DNA of 64,000 bases, from contig CAWGMQ010000004.1 of the NCBI GenBank assembly GCA_963823665.1, forward strand, positions 192,001 through 256,000. The letters run 5' to 3'. The notes below the pieces were generated by a model. The model was not told where the DNA came from and ran no database searches. It saw only the letters and a list, made by a program, of their open reading frames with translations. Below, piece by piece: positions 20,497-28,675 of the stretch. Positions within the stretch are counted from its first letter, which is position 1; each line of letters starts with the position of its first letter. Source of the DNA: an uncultured Planctomycetota bacterium. Lineage in GTDB: Bacteria; Planctomycetota; Planctomycetia; Isosphaerales; Isosphaeraceae. The position numbers were made by a program, and so were the translations under genes.

Positions 20497-20982
20497 CAAA
20501 CGCTCCCTGCGTGGTTAGGCAGTGTGTCAACTGTCCCTTCTTCAAGCGACACACAGCATATTCTAGGCTTCGGTCCCCGCGCTTCCTATTCCTTTCGATG
20601 GAATTGCGGGACGATGAGCGACCCCGCCCGGCGGCCGGAGCGACTCCAACCCGCCGCGCCGACACGTGTGTCACTCCGCGATTACAATCCTTGATGTGAG
20701 CGCGACGAACCGTTGACGTCCCTGGGAACGCGGCTGATGTCGCCTATTCGCTTCCGAATCCGGTCGATCATGATCGCCAACTAGCGTCGCCGCGTCCGTC
20801 CGGCTCCGTGCCTCCCTGGCAGATTCTCCAAGCGGCCAACGCCCTGAAGGCCGACGACGCGGGCCCGACAACGGCGGAGGGAGTTGAAGCCGGGTTGGAT
20901 CACAAGCGATTCATTGAATCACTAAATAGCATTGCACGATCATGCGACTCAGGTGGGCGGCACTAGCTTCGCCCGTGGTCCG

Positions 20983-21094
20983 GTGTAGCAGGCACACTCC
21001 GTGTGCCGTCCGCCGAGGTTGTCGGTGGGTGGCACTGGCTGTGCCAGTGCTCCATGCCCGGGCAAATCGCCGTCCCGGAATCGCGAATAGCCAC
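20983..21094 (+). repeat. ~110-bp composite REP-like element, copy 2
   Basis: Direct repeat of 17794-17905. Confidence 0.85.
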
Positions 21095-21200
21095 TTAGGC
21101 GGACGATCCGTCGGTCCAAACGCGTTTTTTGGTATGATCGCAGTCGCAGTAGGCATCCAGCCAACGCCTTCGACACGTCCCTCTCTCAGGAGCTTCAACG

Positions 21201-21727
21201 ATGCGTCCGCTTGTACGAGCGCTGTCGTGCAATCTGGTCGCTTTGGTCCTGCTCTGGCCGTCGTCAGCATCCGCGACGACGATCGACTGGATGACTTTCG
21301 AGGAGTTGGTGCTCGGGGCAGATTTCGTCGGCATCGTCGAGTGCGATCGAGCGGGCGGTGTCGTTGCCGGATACTCGGTGCTCGAGTCGTGGAAAGGGCC
21401 CAGGGCCGGTACTCACATTACTATTCGTGTCGCGGTGAACTACTGGGAGCCCCAGTTCCCGATCACCCTCTGCGGCGAGCGATACTTTGTGACGGCGTTC
21501 AAGCAGGCTCCGTTCCCATGGCGAGAGTCCCACACCGCAACTTGCGGAATCGGGTGCTCGTTCTGCTCTCGAACTCAGCTCATGCAAGCGGCGCCCCACG
21601 GCCGGAGAAAACTATGAACTCAGCGAATTCGTTCGAGTCTCTCCTGAGCTGGTGGAAAACACACGGCGACAAGCTGGTCCTCGATGACCCATGGCTGGCG
21701 ATCTTGGAGAAACAGAAGATCGATTGA
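21201..21727 (+). pseudogene. Secreted hypothetical protein, probably disrupted or internally deleted
   Basis: Signal peptide ...SSASA-TTIDWMTFEELVLGADFVGIVEC; plausible C-terminus (SLLSWWKTHGDKLVLDDPW) in another frame; GGAG RBS. Confidence 0.5.
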
Positions 21728-21779
21728 TCGCGCCCGGAAACACGGCAACATATCGACGCCGCACCCACATGAGATCGCC

Positions 21780-22103
21780 ATGTGCAGACAACCCAATCCC
21801 GTCTCCCGTCCCAGGCGAAGATTCCTGCGCTTCAGCGTCCGGGGCCTGATTGTTCTTGTTCTTGTGATCGGTGCTTGGCTCGGCTGGATGGTCCGCAGTG
21901 CACGTATTCAACGGGAAGCGGTGGCGGCGATCGAAAATGCGGGAGGCGAAGTCCTCTATGACCGCGAGTGGACCGACGCCGGGCTGGTGCACCTGAGCAA
22001 GCTGCCCAGCCTTTCGGAACTCTACATCGACGACGCTCAGATCACCGACGCCGGAGTGAAAGAACTCCAGCAAGCTTTGCCACGCCTGACGATCGAACGC
22101 TAA
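21780..22103 (+). CDS. LRR copy H: miniature version with 1 repeat
   Basis: Leader ...GGEVLYDREW joined in frame to TDAGLVHLSKLPSLSELYIDDAQITDAGVKELQQALPRLTIER. Confidence 0.8.
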   Translation: MCRQPNPVSRPRRRFLRFSVRGLIVLVLVIGAWLGWMVRSARIQREAVAAIENAGGEVLYDREWTDAGLVHLSKLPSLSELYIDDAQITDAGVKELQQALPRLTIER

Positions 22104-22397
22104 TTGGATGCCCATCCAACCGGCCAGCAAGCATCGTTGTCGCATCGCCACGCGTCGGCTCACCGATCCATCGAGATCCCCCCAGATCGCGTCTGAGAGC
22201 GTGTCTGTGAATCGAACGTGCGGCACGATCCAATGACCGTTGAGGAATTGGGCGCGACGATTGATCGCTCCCTCTCCCTCCGGGAGAGGGCCGGGGTGAG
22301 GGTCCTTCCGCATGCGACCGCAATTCGCAGACACGCTCTGAGCGGATATACTGAGCCCACCGAAGTAACTTCGACCGTCTGCTCGCCAAAAGCCAGC

Positions 22398-22490
22398 ATC
22401 GCCGATCAAGCCAAACCCACCACACGTCCCTGGCGAACATTCCTGCGCTTCAGCGTGCGGGGGATAATTGTTATTGTGCTCGTGATCGCC
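22398..22490 (+). pseudogene. LRR copy I: leader-only remnant (start ATG changed to ATC)
   Basis: IADQAKPTTRPWRTFLRFSVRGIIVIVLVIA; GATATACT-type head as in copy C. Confidence 0.75.
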
Positions 22491-22584
22491 CGGCCGGGGG
22501 GGTGTAGTTCTTAGCTGACAAACAGTTCGTAAACCGCGGCCAGATTGGATTCCAGTAACCAGGTACGCATATAACACATAAAGC

Positions 22585-23058
22585 ATGATGATGCGCCGCC
22601 CACGTTTGCGGCTTACGATCGCGGGGATCATGGGGATCGTCGCGTGTACTGCCCTCGTTCTGGGGTGCCTCGTCGAGGCAGGTCGGATCAGGCGCACACA
22701 GGCATTCTATCTTCGTGAATCCGCAAAATTTGCCCAGCTCGAGAGCCGCGAAATCCAGAACCAGTCTCTCTATTTGAAGGCCGCACTGCTGGAGAAGAAT
22801 CTCATTGAACGTATGCGAGAAAGAGACGCCGAACGACAGGCGGCCATCCGAGATCACTTTTATGCCCCGATGAAGCGGATCGCTCCAGACACCGAGCGCT
22901 ACAAAATAAACTTCGAGAGGGGCAGGAAATATCTTACTCACTTGGACGAGTCACGAATCAAGGCGAAGCGGTATTCCGAACTGAGCCGCCGGTACAAAAG
23001 GGCCGGTACCTGCCTCTGGCTGCCCTTTGGACCAAACCCCTTGAATCGCGGTGACTGA
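22585..23058 (+). CDS. Membrane-anchored helical hypothetical protein (RLxLTI-type leader)
   Basis: MMMRRPRLRLTIAGIMGIVACTALVLG...YSELSRRYKRAGTCLWLPFGPNP. Confidence 0.7.
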   Translation: MMMRRPRLRLTIAGIMGIVACTALVLGCLVEAGRIRRTQAFYLRESAKFAQLESREIQNQSLYLKAALLEKNLIERMRERDAERQAAIRDHFYAPMKRIAPDTERYKINFERGRKYLTHLDESRIKAKRYSELSRRYKRAGTCLWLPFGPNPLNRGD

Positions 23059-23100
23059 CGGAGCGAAAAGACATCGTGCAGTCGCTCGCCAGAGGCCGGC

Positions 23101-23730
23101 ATGACCGATCAAGCGAGATCCACCACCCGTCCCTGGCGAACATTCCTGCGCTTCAGCGTCCGCGGGATGATCGTTCTTGTGCTGGTGATCGGTGCCGGGC
23201 TCGGCTGGGTGGTCCGGGTGGTCCGTACCGCTCAGATTCAACGTGAGGCAGTGGCGGAGAACACGCGAGCGGGGGATCACCGACCTCCTCACCAACCGCA
23301 GGTCTAGCATCCCGACGATCTTCGATTGACGGCTTGCTGGGCGCGGGTCTCATGACGCCGCCCTCCTCACCGACCGCAGGTCTCCAGGCGGCCGTCCCGG
23401 CAATCCAAGATTGTCGCAGCACTTGTTGGGCGCGGGTTTCATGACCCCGCCCCCCTCACCGACCGCAGGTCTCCAGAAGGAATGGTGCATCTGAGGGGAA
23501 TGACCAAACTACGCTCCCTCGATCTCAGCACCACACAGGTCTCCGGTCCCGGACTGGTGCATCTGCAACGGCTCAACTCCCTGAAGAGCCTTCGGCTTTG
23601 GGGCACTCAGTTATCCGACGAATCGCTGGTTTATCTGAAGGGCTTGGCCTTCGTCTCAGAACTCGACGTCAATGGCACACACCTCAGCAGTGCAGGTTGG
23701 GAAGAGCTGAGTCGGTGGCGCAATCATTAA
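23101..23730 (+). pseudogene. LRR copy J: cap region replaced by a REP cluster (~23270-23476); 3 repeats remain
   Basis: Leader ORF 23101..23307 and LRR ORF 23482..23730. Confidence 0.8.
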
Positions 23731-23749
23731 CTTGAAGCCCAACAATCCG

Positions 23750-23888
23750 GCCTGGAATCGTCCCTGTCGCATCGCCAGCCGTCGGCGTCGGGACGTCAGA
23801 TCATCGACCCTCCTTCGACGAGCCGCGTGCGAGCCGTTATGATGAACCGAGCGAATAGAGATCGGCACTCCATTCACAAGAGGCCGGC
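23750..23888 (+). promoter_or_regulatory. LRR cassette head: TCGACG(23815)-N17-TATGAT(23838)
   Basis: Conserved block shared with the other copies. Confidence 0.75.
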
Positions 23889-24842
23889 ATGACCGATCAA
23901 GCCAAACCCGTCTCCCGCCCCCGGCGAAGAGTTCTGCGCTTCAGCATGCGGGGGATGATGGTACTCGTGCTGGCGATTGGAGGCTGGCTCGGCTGGTTCG
24001 TGCGGAGCGCTCGCATTCAGCGCGAGGCCGTGGCGGCGATTCAGAAGGGCGGCGGCGAAGTCCACTTTCAGTGGGAGTGGAAGAACGGGACCGTCGTGCC
24101 GGGAGGAAAGCCTTGGGCGCCTGAACAGCTCGTGAAACTACTCGGCGTCGACTATTTCGGTCACATCGCCCACGTGTCGTTCGCCACGAGAGCACAGCTT
24201 GCGAAGCCAACGAGGGACTTGCTCGCACAGCTCGGGGAAATACAACGCCGATCGGCGGAATTGGATGACGTGCGCTATTCGATGATGGAGGCTGAATTCT
24301 CTCACGCCGACGATCTATATCAAAGGCTGATTCTCTCGGGCGAGCTCACGCCCAAGCCACTGATGCCGCTCTTGAAGGGTCAGAGCAAGCTAGCCCATCT
24401 CGATCTTCGCGACAACGACCTGATCTTCGAAGGCTTGGCTCAAATGGAAGAGCTGACCAGCCTGACGACGCTCGACCTTGGCGGCACGGGGATCACGGAT
24501 TCCCAACTGGTGCACCTGAAGAAATTGAGACAGCTCTCAGAGCTTCATCTGGACTCTGTCAACATCTCTGATGCCGGGCTAGCGAATCTGGCGGGACTGG
24601 CCCGAATGTCCCACCTCGACCTCGAGAAGACAGGGGTTACCGACTCCGGTCTGGTTCATTTGGGCCGGCTGACGAAGCTTAGAAAGCTCAGCCTCGCATT
24701 CACTCAGGTCACCGATCGAGGATTGGTACACCTCAAGGAATTGACAAGTCTTTTGCATATCGACCTCAGTTCCACGGGTGTCACGGATGAGGGTGTGAAG
24801 GAGCTGAGGCTCGCCTTGCCGAACGCGACGATCGTGCGCTGA
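23889..24842 (+). CDS. LRR copy K, 6 repeats plus a helical insertion, intact
   Basis: Leader, cap, non-LRR insert, LRRs, ELRLALPNATIVR C-cap. Confidence 0.9.
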   Translation: MTDQAKPVSRPRRRVLRFSMRGMMVLVLAIGGWLGWFVRSARIQREAVAAIQKGGGEVHFQWEWKNGTVVPGGKPWAPEQLVKLLGVDYFGHIAHVSFATRAQLAKPTRDLLAQLGEIQRRSAELDDVRYSMMEAEFSHADDLYQRLILSGELTPKPLMPLLKGQSKLAHLDLRDNDLIFEGLAQMEELTSLTTLDLGGTGITDSQLVHLKKLRQLSELHLDSVNISDAGLANLAGLARMSHLDLEKTGVTDSGLVHLGRLTKLRKLSLAFTQVTDRGLVHLKELTSLLHIDLSSTGVTDEGVKELRLALPNATIVR

Positions 24843-24979
24843 CTTCTTGCTCACGCAATCGCCCTGGAATCGTCTCTGTCGCATCTCCACGCTGGAGCCG
24901 TCAAACTCCCGGCCGGCGATTCAATCGCATTCCGTCAGCCGTTCAGCCCGCCCCCTCCCCGAAGCGTGCAGCTACTCAT

Positions 24980-25095
24980 ATACAGCTCTACCTTTGCGAC
25001 TTTGCGACTTTGCGTGAGCCACTCTTCTGATCTCATTTCACGCACCCACCCCAAAAAAACTTCGTTCCCCTCCGCGTGAGCTCCCCATTGAGATC
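24980..25095 (+). repeat. REP-like cluster 4 (approximate right end of the island)
   Basis: CAGCTCTACCTTTGCGACTTTGCGACTTTGCGTGAGCC...GCTCCCCATTGAG. Confidence 0.8.
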
Positions 25096-25206
25096 GTCTG
25101 GCGCCCCAGTCTGTTTGATCTCGCGCTTGCTCGATGCGACGACTAGAATGGAACGCGCCTTGCCGACCGGGACGGCACAGGAATTCCCCAGCGTCTGGAG
25201 CCGCTA

Positions 25207-25752
25207 ATGGCCATTACCAAGTACTCCGTCGACGACTACGAGGAGATGATCCGGCTCGGCGTCCTCACCGAAAGAAACGGGGTGGAACTCATCCGGGGGG
25301 AGATCGTTCCCAAGATGGCCATCAGACCTCGGCATGCAACCTGTGTCAAAGCGTTCAACCAACTCCTCACGCAGCGGGCAGCCGGCAGGGCGATCGTCGG
25401 CATCCAGGATCCGATTCGCCTTCCTGACAGTGAGCCGGAGCCAGATATCTCCCTGGTGCGTCCCCCCAAAGAACGATATTTGACCAGGCATCCTGAGCCC
25501 GTTGACATCTTCCTCGTCGTCGAGGTGTCCGACTCATCGCTGGATGACGACCGGAACATCATGCGGCCTCTCTACGCCGAGTCGAGCATCCAGGAATTCT
25601 GGATCGCCAACCTCCGCGACAACTGCCTGGAAGTTTACCGCGGCCCGCGGCCGGACGGCACTTACCAGGAAGCGCGGGTGCTAGAGCGCGGTCAAAGCAC
25701 CGACATCGCCGCCCTGCCGGGCCTCGTCGTCGCGGTCGACGAAGTGCTCTGA
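25207..25752 (+). CDS. Uma2 family putative endonuclease
   Basis: YSVDDYEEMIRLGVL...ELIRGEIV...SEPEPD...LVVEVSDSSL...LYAESSIQEFWI. Confidence 0.9.
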   Translation: MAITKYSVDDYEEMIRLGVLTERNGVELIRGEIVPKMAIRPRHATCVKAFNQLLTQRAAGRAIVGIQDPIRLPDSEPEPDISLVRPPKERYLTRHPEPVDIFLVVEVSDSSLDDDRNIMRPLYAESSIQEFWIANLRDNCLEVYRGPRPDGTYQEARVLERGQSTDIAALPGLVVAVDEVL

Positions 25753-25878
25753 CAACCAAAAAACCCCGCTTGCCCCCCATCCATCCCCACCGTATGATTG
25801 CCTCAAGCGTGCGGTATGTTGCCCACGCGTTGTGTCCCCGCCGGGTGCGAATCGCCCCGGCGAGAAGGAGAGAAAATC

Positions 25879-26399
25879 ATGTCCCATGCCTCGCGACACG
25901 AGCGGCGTCATTTCGAAGACTTCCCCTTCCTTGCCGTTTCCGACTGGCTAAAACAAAAGTACTTTAAACGCTCTGCTCCCCACGGTTGGAGCTGGGACGA
26001 GCAGGCAGGGTGTTTCATGCGCCACCATCATCACGACTCGGATCGATTCGAGGGCCGATCGGCTTTCGGCGTCAGGCGCCGCTGCGCTTCCTGGCCCACA
26101 AGCTTGATCTCGACGAAAAGCAGATCACGGCGCTCATGCGAATCCTCGACGAGCTGAAGACCGAGCGCGCTCAAGCCGAAGTTGACGATCGTCGAGCAAC
26201 AGCCGAATTCGCCGACGCCGTCGAGGGTGATACCTTCGACGCCTCCAAAGCCGGTAGCGCCGGCGAACGTCGTGTGCAGAGTGCCGCGCGGCTGCGCGAA
26301 GCCCTCACTCGCGCCCTCCAGGAAATCCACGGGCTCTTGACGCCCGAGCAGCGCCAGCGCCTCGCCTACCTGATCCGCAGTGGCGTGCTCAGCATCTGA
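25879..26399 (+). CDS. Spy/CpxP-like helical protein; frameshift near 26080
   Basis: FGVRR/PLRFLAHKLDLDEKQ...LTPEQRQRLA (LTxxQ motif); GAAGGAG RBS. Confidence 0.7.
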
Positions 26400-26401
26400 C
26401 C

Positions 26402-27226
26402 TCACCGGCTGAGCAGCCCCGCATCAAGCACGAACTGCGAGCCCGTGATGAACCGCGCTCGTTCGGACGCCAGGTACACCACCGCCTCGGCCACGTCCTC
26501 CGCCTCGACCCACGGCACCGGAAGAAGATTGCCCGCCGAGCGTTCGGCCACCTGCAAGGGCGACAGCCCCTCGAGCTCCGCCAGACCATCGTTCATCGGT
26601 GTATTGACACCCGTCGGGTGAATCGACACCACCCGAATTCCGTGCGGCGCCAGCTCGATCGCCCATGACTTCGTCAGCCCCACCAGCCCCCACTTCGATG
26701 CCGCGTAATGCGACAGCCGCCCCATCCCGCGCAGACCGGCGACCGATGAATTATTGATGATCACCCCCGCCCGGCGAGCGATCATGTGCGGAATCACCCG
26801 GCGCGCCACAATCCAGGCCCCTTTCAAGTTAATGTCGAGCATTGCATCCCAGGCCTCCTCCGAAAGTTCATGCGCCAGGCCATAAGCGCAGATCCCGGCA
26901 TTGTTGAACAGGATGTCGATCCGGTCGAATCGTTCGACCGCGGCGGCGACGGCCGCACTCACCGCGGCGTCATCCCGCACATCGGCCGCAAACGGCAAAC
27001 ACGCGACGCCAAGCTCCCCGCACGAAACTCGCAACGAATCCAGCTCGGCGGTCGTCCCCAGGCCGTATCCCGGATAGTCGAGCGGCCGCGCAACGTCGAT
27101 CGCCAGAATGTGCACCCCTTCACGCGCCAGCGCCAGCGCCGTCGCCCGCCCCTGCCCGTGCGCGGCGCCGGTAATCAGTGCCACCTGGCCCGCGAGTTCC
27201 CCCGCTCGCTTCCGCAGTTCACTCAT
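26402..27226 (-). CDS. SDR oxidoreductase resembling the mycofactocin-coupled/carveol-dehydrogenase subfamily
   Basis: TGAAHGQG, NNAG, YAASK, IHPTGVNTPM, and the insert 'LDYPGYGLGTTAELD'. Confidence 0.85.
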   Translation of the reverse strand: MSELRKRAGELAGQVALITGAAHGQGRATALALAREGVHILAIDVARPLDYPGYGLGTTAELDSLRVSCGELGVACLPFAADVRDDAAVSAAVAAAVERFDRIDILFNNAGICAYGLAHELSEEAWDAMLDINLKGAWIVARRVIPHMIARRAGVIINNSSVAGLRGMGRLSHYAASKWGLVGLTKSWAIELAPHGIRVVSIHPTGVNTPMNDGLAELEGLSPLQVAERSAGNLLPVPWVEAEDVAEAVVYLASERARFITGSQFVLDAGLLSR

Positions 27227-27771
27227 CGGCCACTCTCTTCCCGGCCCTGAGCGTTGCGATACGCCCAGAGATACTCGTCCAGATCCACCCGCAGCGCATT
27301 ATTGAAAAGGTTGGTTGCAACCATCAGACCGCCAAACGCGGTGAGCGCCACGATCTGATCGGCAAGGAAGTCTCTCGAGAGCCGCCCAAAGAGATCATCG
27401 GCGACTCCGTGCGGGTCTCGTGCAAGCTGACGCCCGAACTCCACGACGAGCGCCTCGCGATCATCAAGCTGAAGGTCGTCCGGATCGTCTCCAGCGTCAA
27501 TCAACTGACGCCGAAAAAAAGTTGAACATATCAGGCACTCCGTCGCCGTTGAGATTGCGTGCGCAAACAGCACCGTCGCCCGGTCGCCGAGAAACCTGGC
27601 CACTTCGTCGCGGAGGTCATACCAGGTCATGAGCGAGCGCAGGGCCACAGGCGATCGCGCCAGCGTGCGCTTCATGTTGGTCGCACGTCCGTGTGCAGCC
27701 ACCACGCCGTCCAGGGCCTCACGCCGCTCGCCCTCTGCCTGGGTCTGATCGATCGGTTCAATGCGCGCCAC
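27223..27771 (-). CDS. Carboxymuconolactone decarboxylase/AhpD-like protein
   Basis: NMKRTLARSP...ECLICS (CxxC)...TNLFNNALRVDLD; overlaps the SDR start. Confidence 0.75.
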   Translation of the reverse strand: MARIEPIDQTQAEGERREALDGVVAAHGRATNMKRTLARSPVALRSLMTWYDLRDEVARFLGDRATVLFAHAISTATECLICSTFFRRQLIDAGDDPDDLQLDDREALVVEFGRQLARDPHGVADDLFGRLSRDFLADQIVALTAFGGLMVATNLFNNALRVDLDEYLWAYRNAQGREESGR

Positions 27772-28240
27772 GCCCGGCTCTCCACAACAATCAATTCACA
27801 CCCGCCCGCGCATCACGTGGGTCAGGCTTTCAGCCTGAAGATTCACACCCAATCATTCCCACCCGCACACAGGCGGTCAAGACAAAGCGCATACGGTGCC
27901 ACACTCGCGCCGAAGCAAAGGGCCGACCAATCTACACGCGCCACGTCGCGCATCACCAGACGAACGGCCGCCGCCAGAAAAAAGCCCCCGCACATGTGGG
28001 GGGCAACCACACATGCGCGGGGCGTAGAGCGGTCACCGACTTACGACCCGCTCTATATATTGTTTAAGGCAAGCAATGCCGAATTCATCGCAAACTCGCA
28101 AAAATCCACCTTTGACTCGCTATTTCCCGTCGAGACGCATTGAGAACCCATTCGCGGCACGTCTTTTGCACAATATCCTCACAGAACAATTCACCCGGAT
28201 GGTGAGTCCGGGGCTCTCTCAAACAGGTGAGGATGTTTCC

Positions 28241-28675
28241 ATGGCTGATACCATCAAAGGCAAGGCCCAGAAGGCGGGGCGCGAGATCGCCGAGAAGGCA
28301 ACCGAGGTCGGGCATAAGGTCGCCGAGCGAGTAGAAGAAGGCGCGGATTGGGCGAAGGAAACCGCCCACAAGGTGGGTCACCGCGTGCAAGAGGCCACCG
28401 AGAAGCTCGAGCACAAGGCCCACGAGGTCTTCGGCGATCACAGCGCAGCAAGCTCGGTGGGAACCATACGAGAGCACATGCACGTAATTGGCTCGTGCGG
28501 CAATAAGCTGGGCCGCGTCGACCACGTGCAAGGTGAAACGATCAAGCTGACCCGCAATGGCAGTTCTGATGGCCTGCACCACTTCATCCCCACGAGTTGG
28601 GTCAACCACGTCGACGACCACGTGCACTTGAACAAGACATGCGTTCAGGCCAAACAGGAGTGGCGGAGCGAATGA
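28241..28675 (+). CDS. DUF2171-like protein with N-terminal LEA/stress-type helical repeats
   Basis: IREHMHVIGSCGNKLGRVDHVQGETIKLT...HHFIPTSWV; GAGG RBS. Confidence 0.8.
   Translation: MADTIKGKAQKAGREIAEKATEVGHKVAERVEEGADWAKETAHKVGHRVQEATEKLEHKAHEVFGDHSAASSVGTIREHMHVIGSCGNKLGRVDHVQGETIKLTRNGSSDGLHHFIPTSWVNHVDDHVHLNKTCVQAKQEWRSE

Larger units (their letters stand above)
3757..25100. mobile_element. Degenerate accessory island downstream of tRNA-Arg (LRR array, repeated modules, TA system); boundaries approximate
   Basis: Starts at the tRNA 3' end; dense internal duplications, gene remnants, REP-like repeats and an AbiE pair. No integrase or attR seen. Confidence 0.6.

Noticed and set aside
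7875..24890. Integron cassette array
   Set aside because: Intergenic repeats lack attC RYYYAAC/GTTRRRY ends and long palindromes, carry their own promoters, and no IntI gene is present.
24840..25200. attR copy of the tRNA-Arg 3' end
   Set aside because: No match to TTCGAATCCAGTCGGGTGTA found by eye here or elsewhere in the window.
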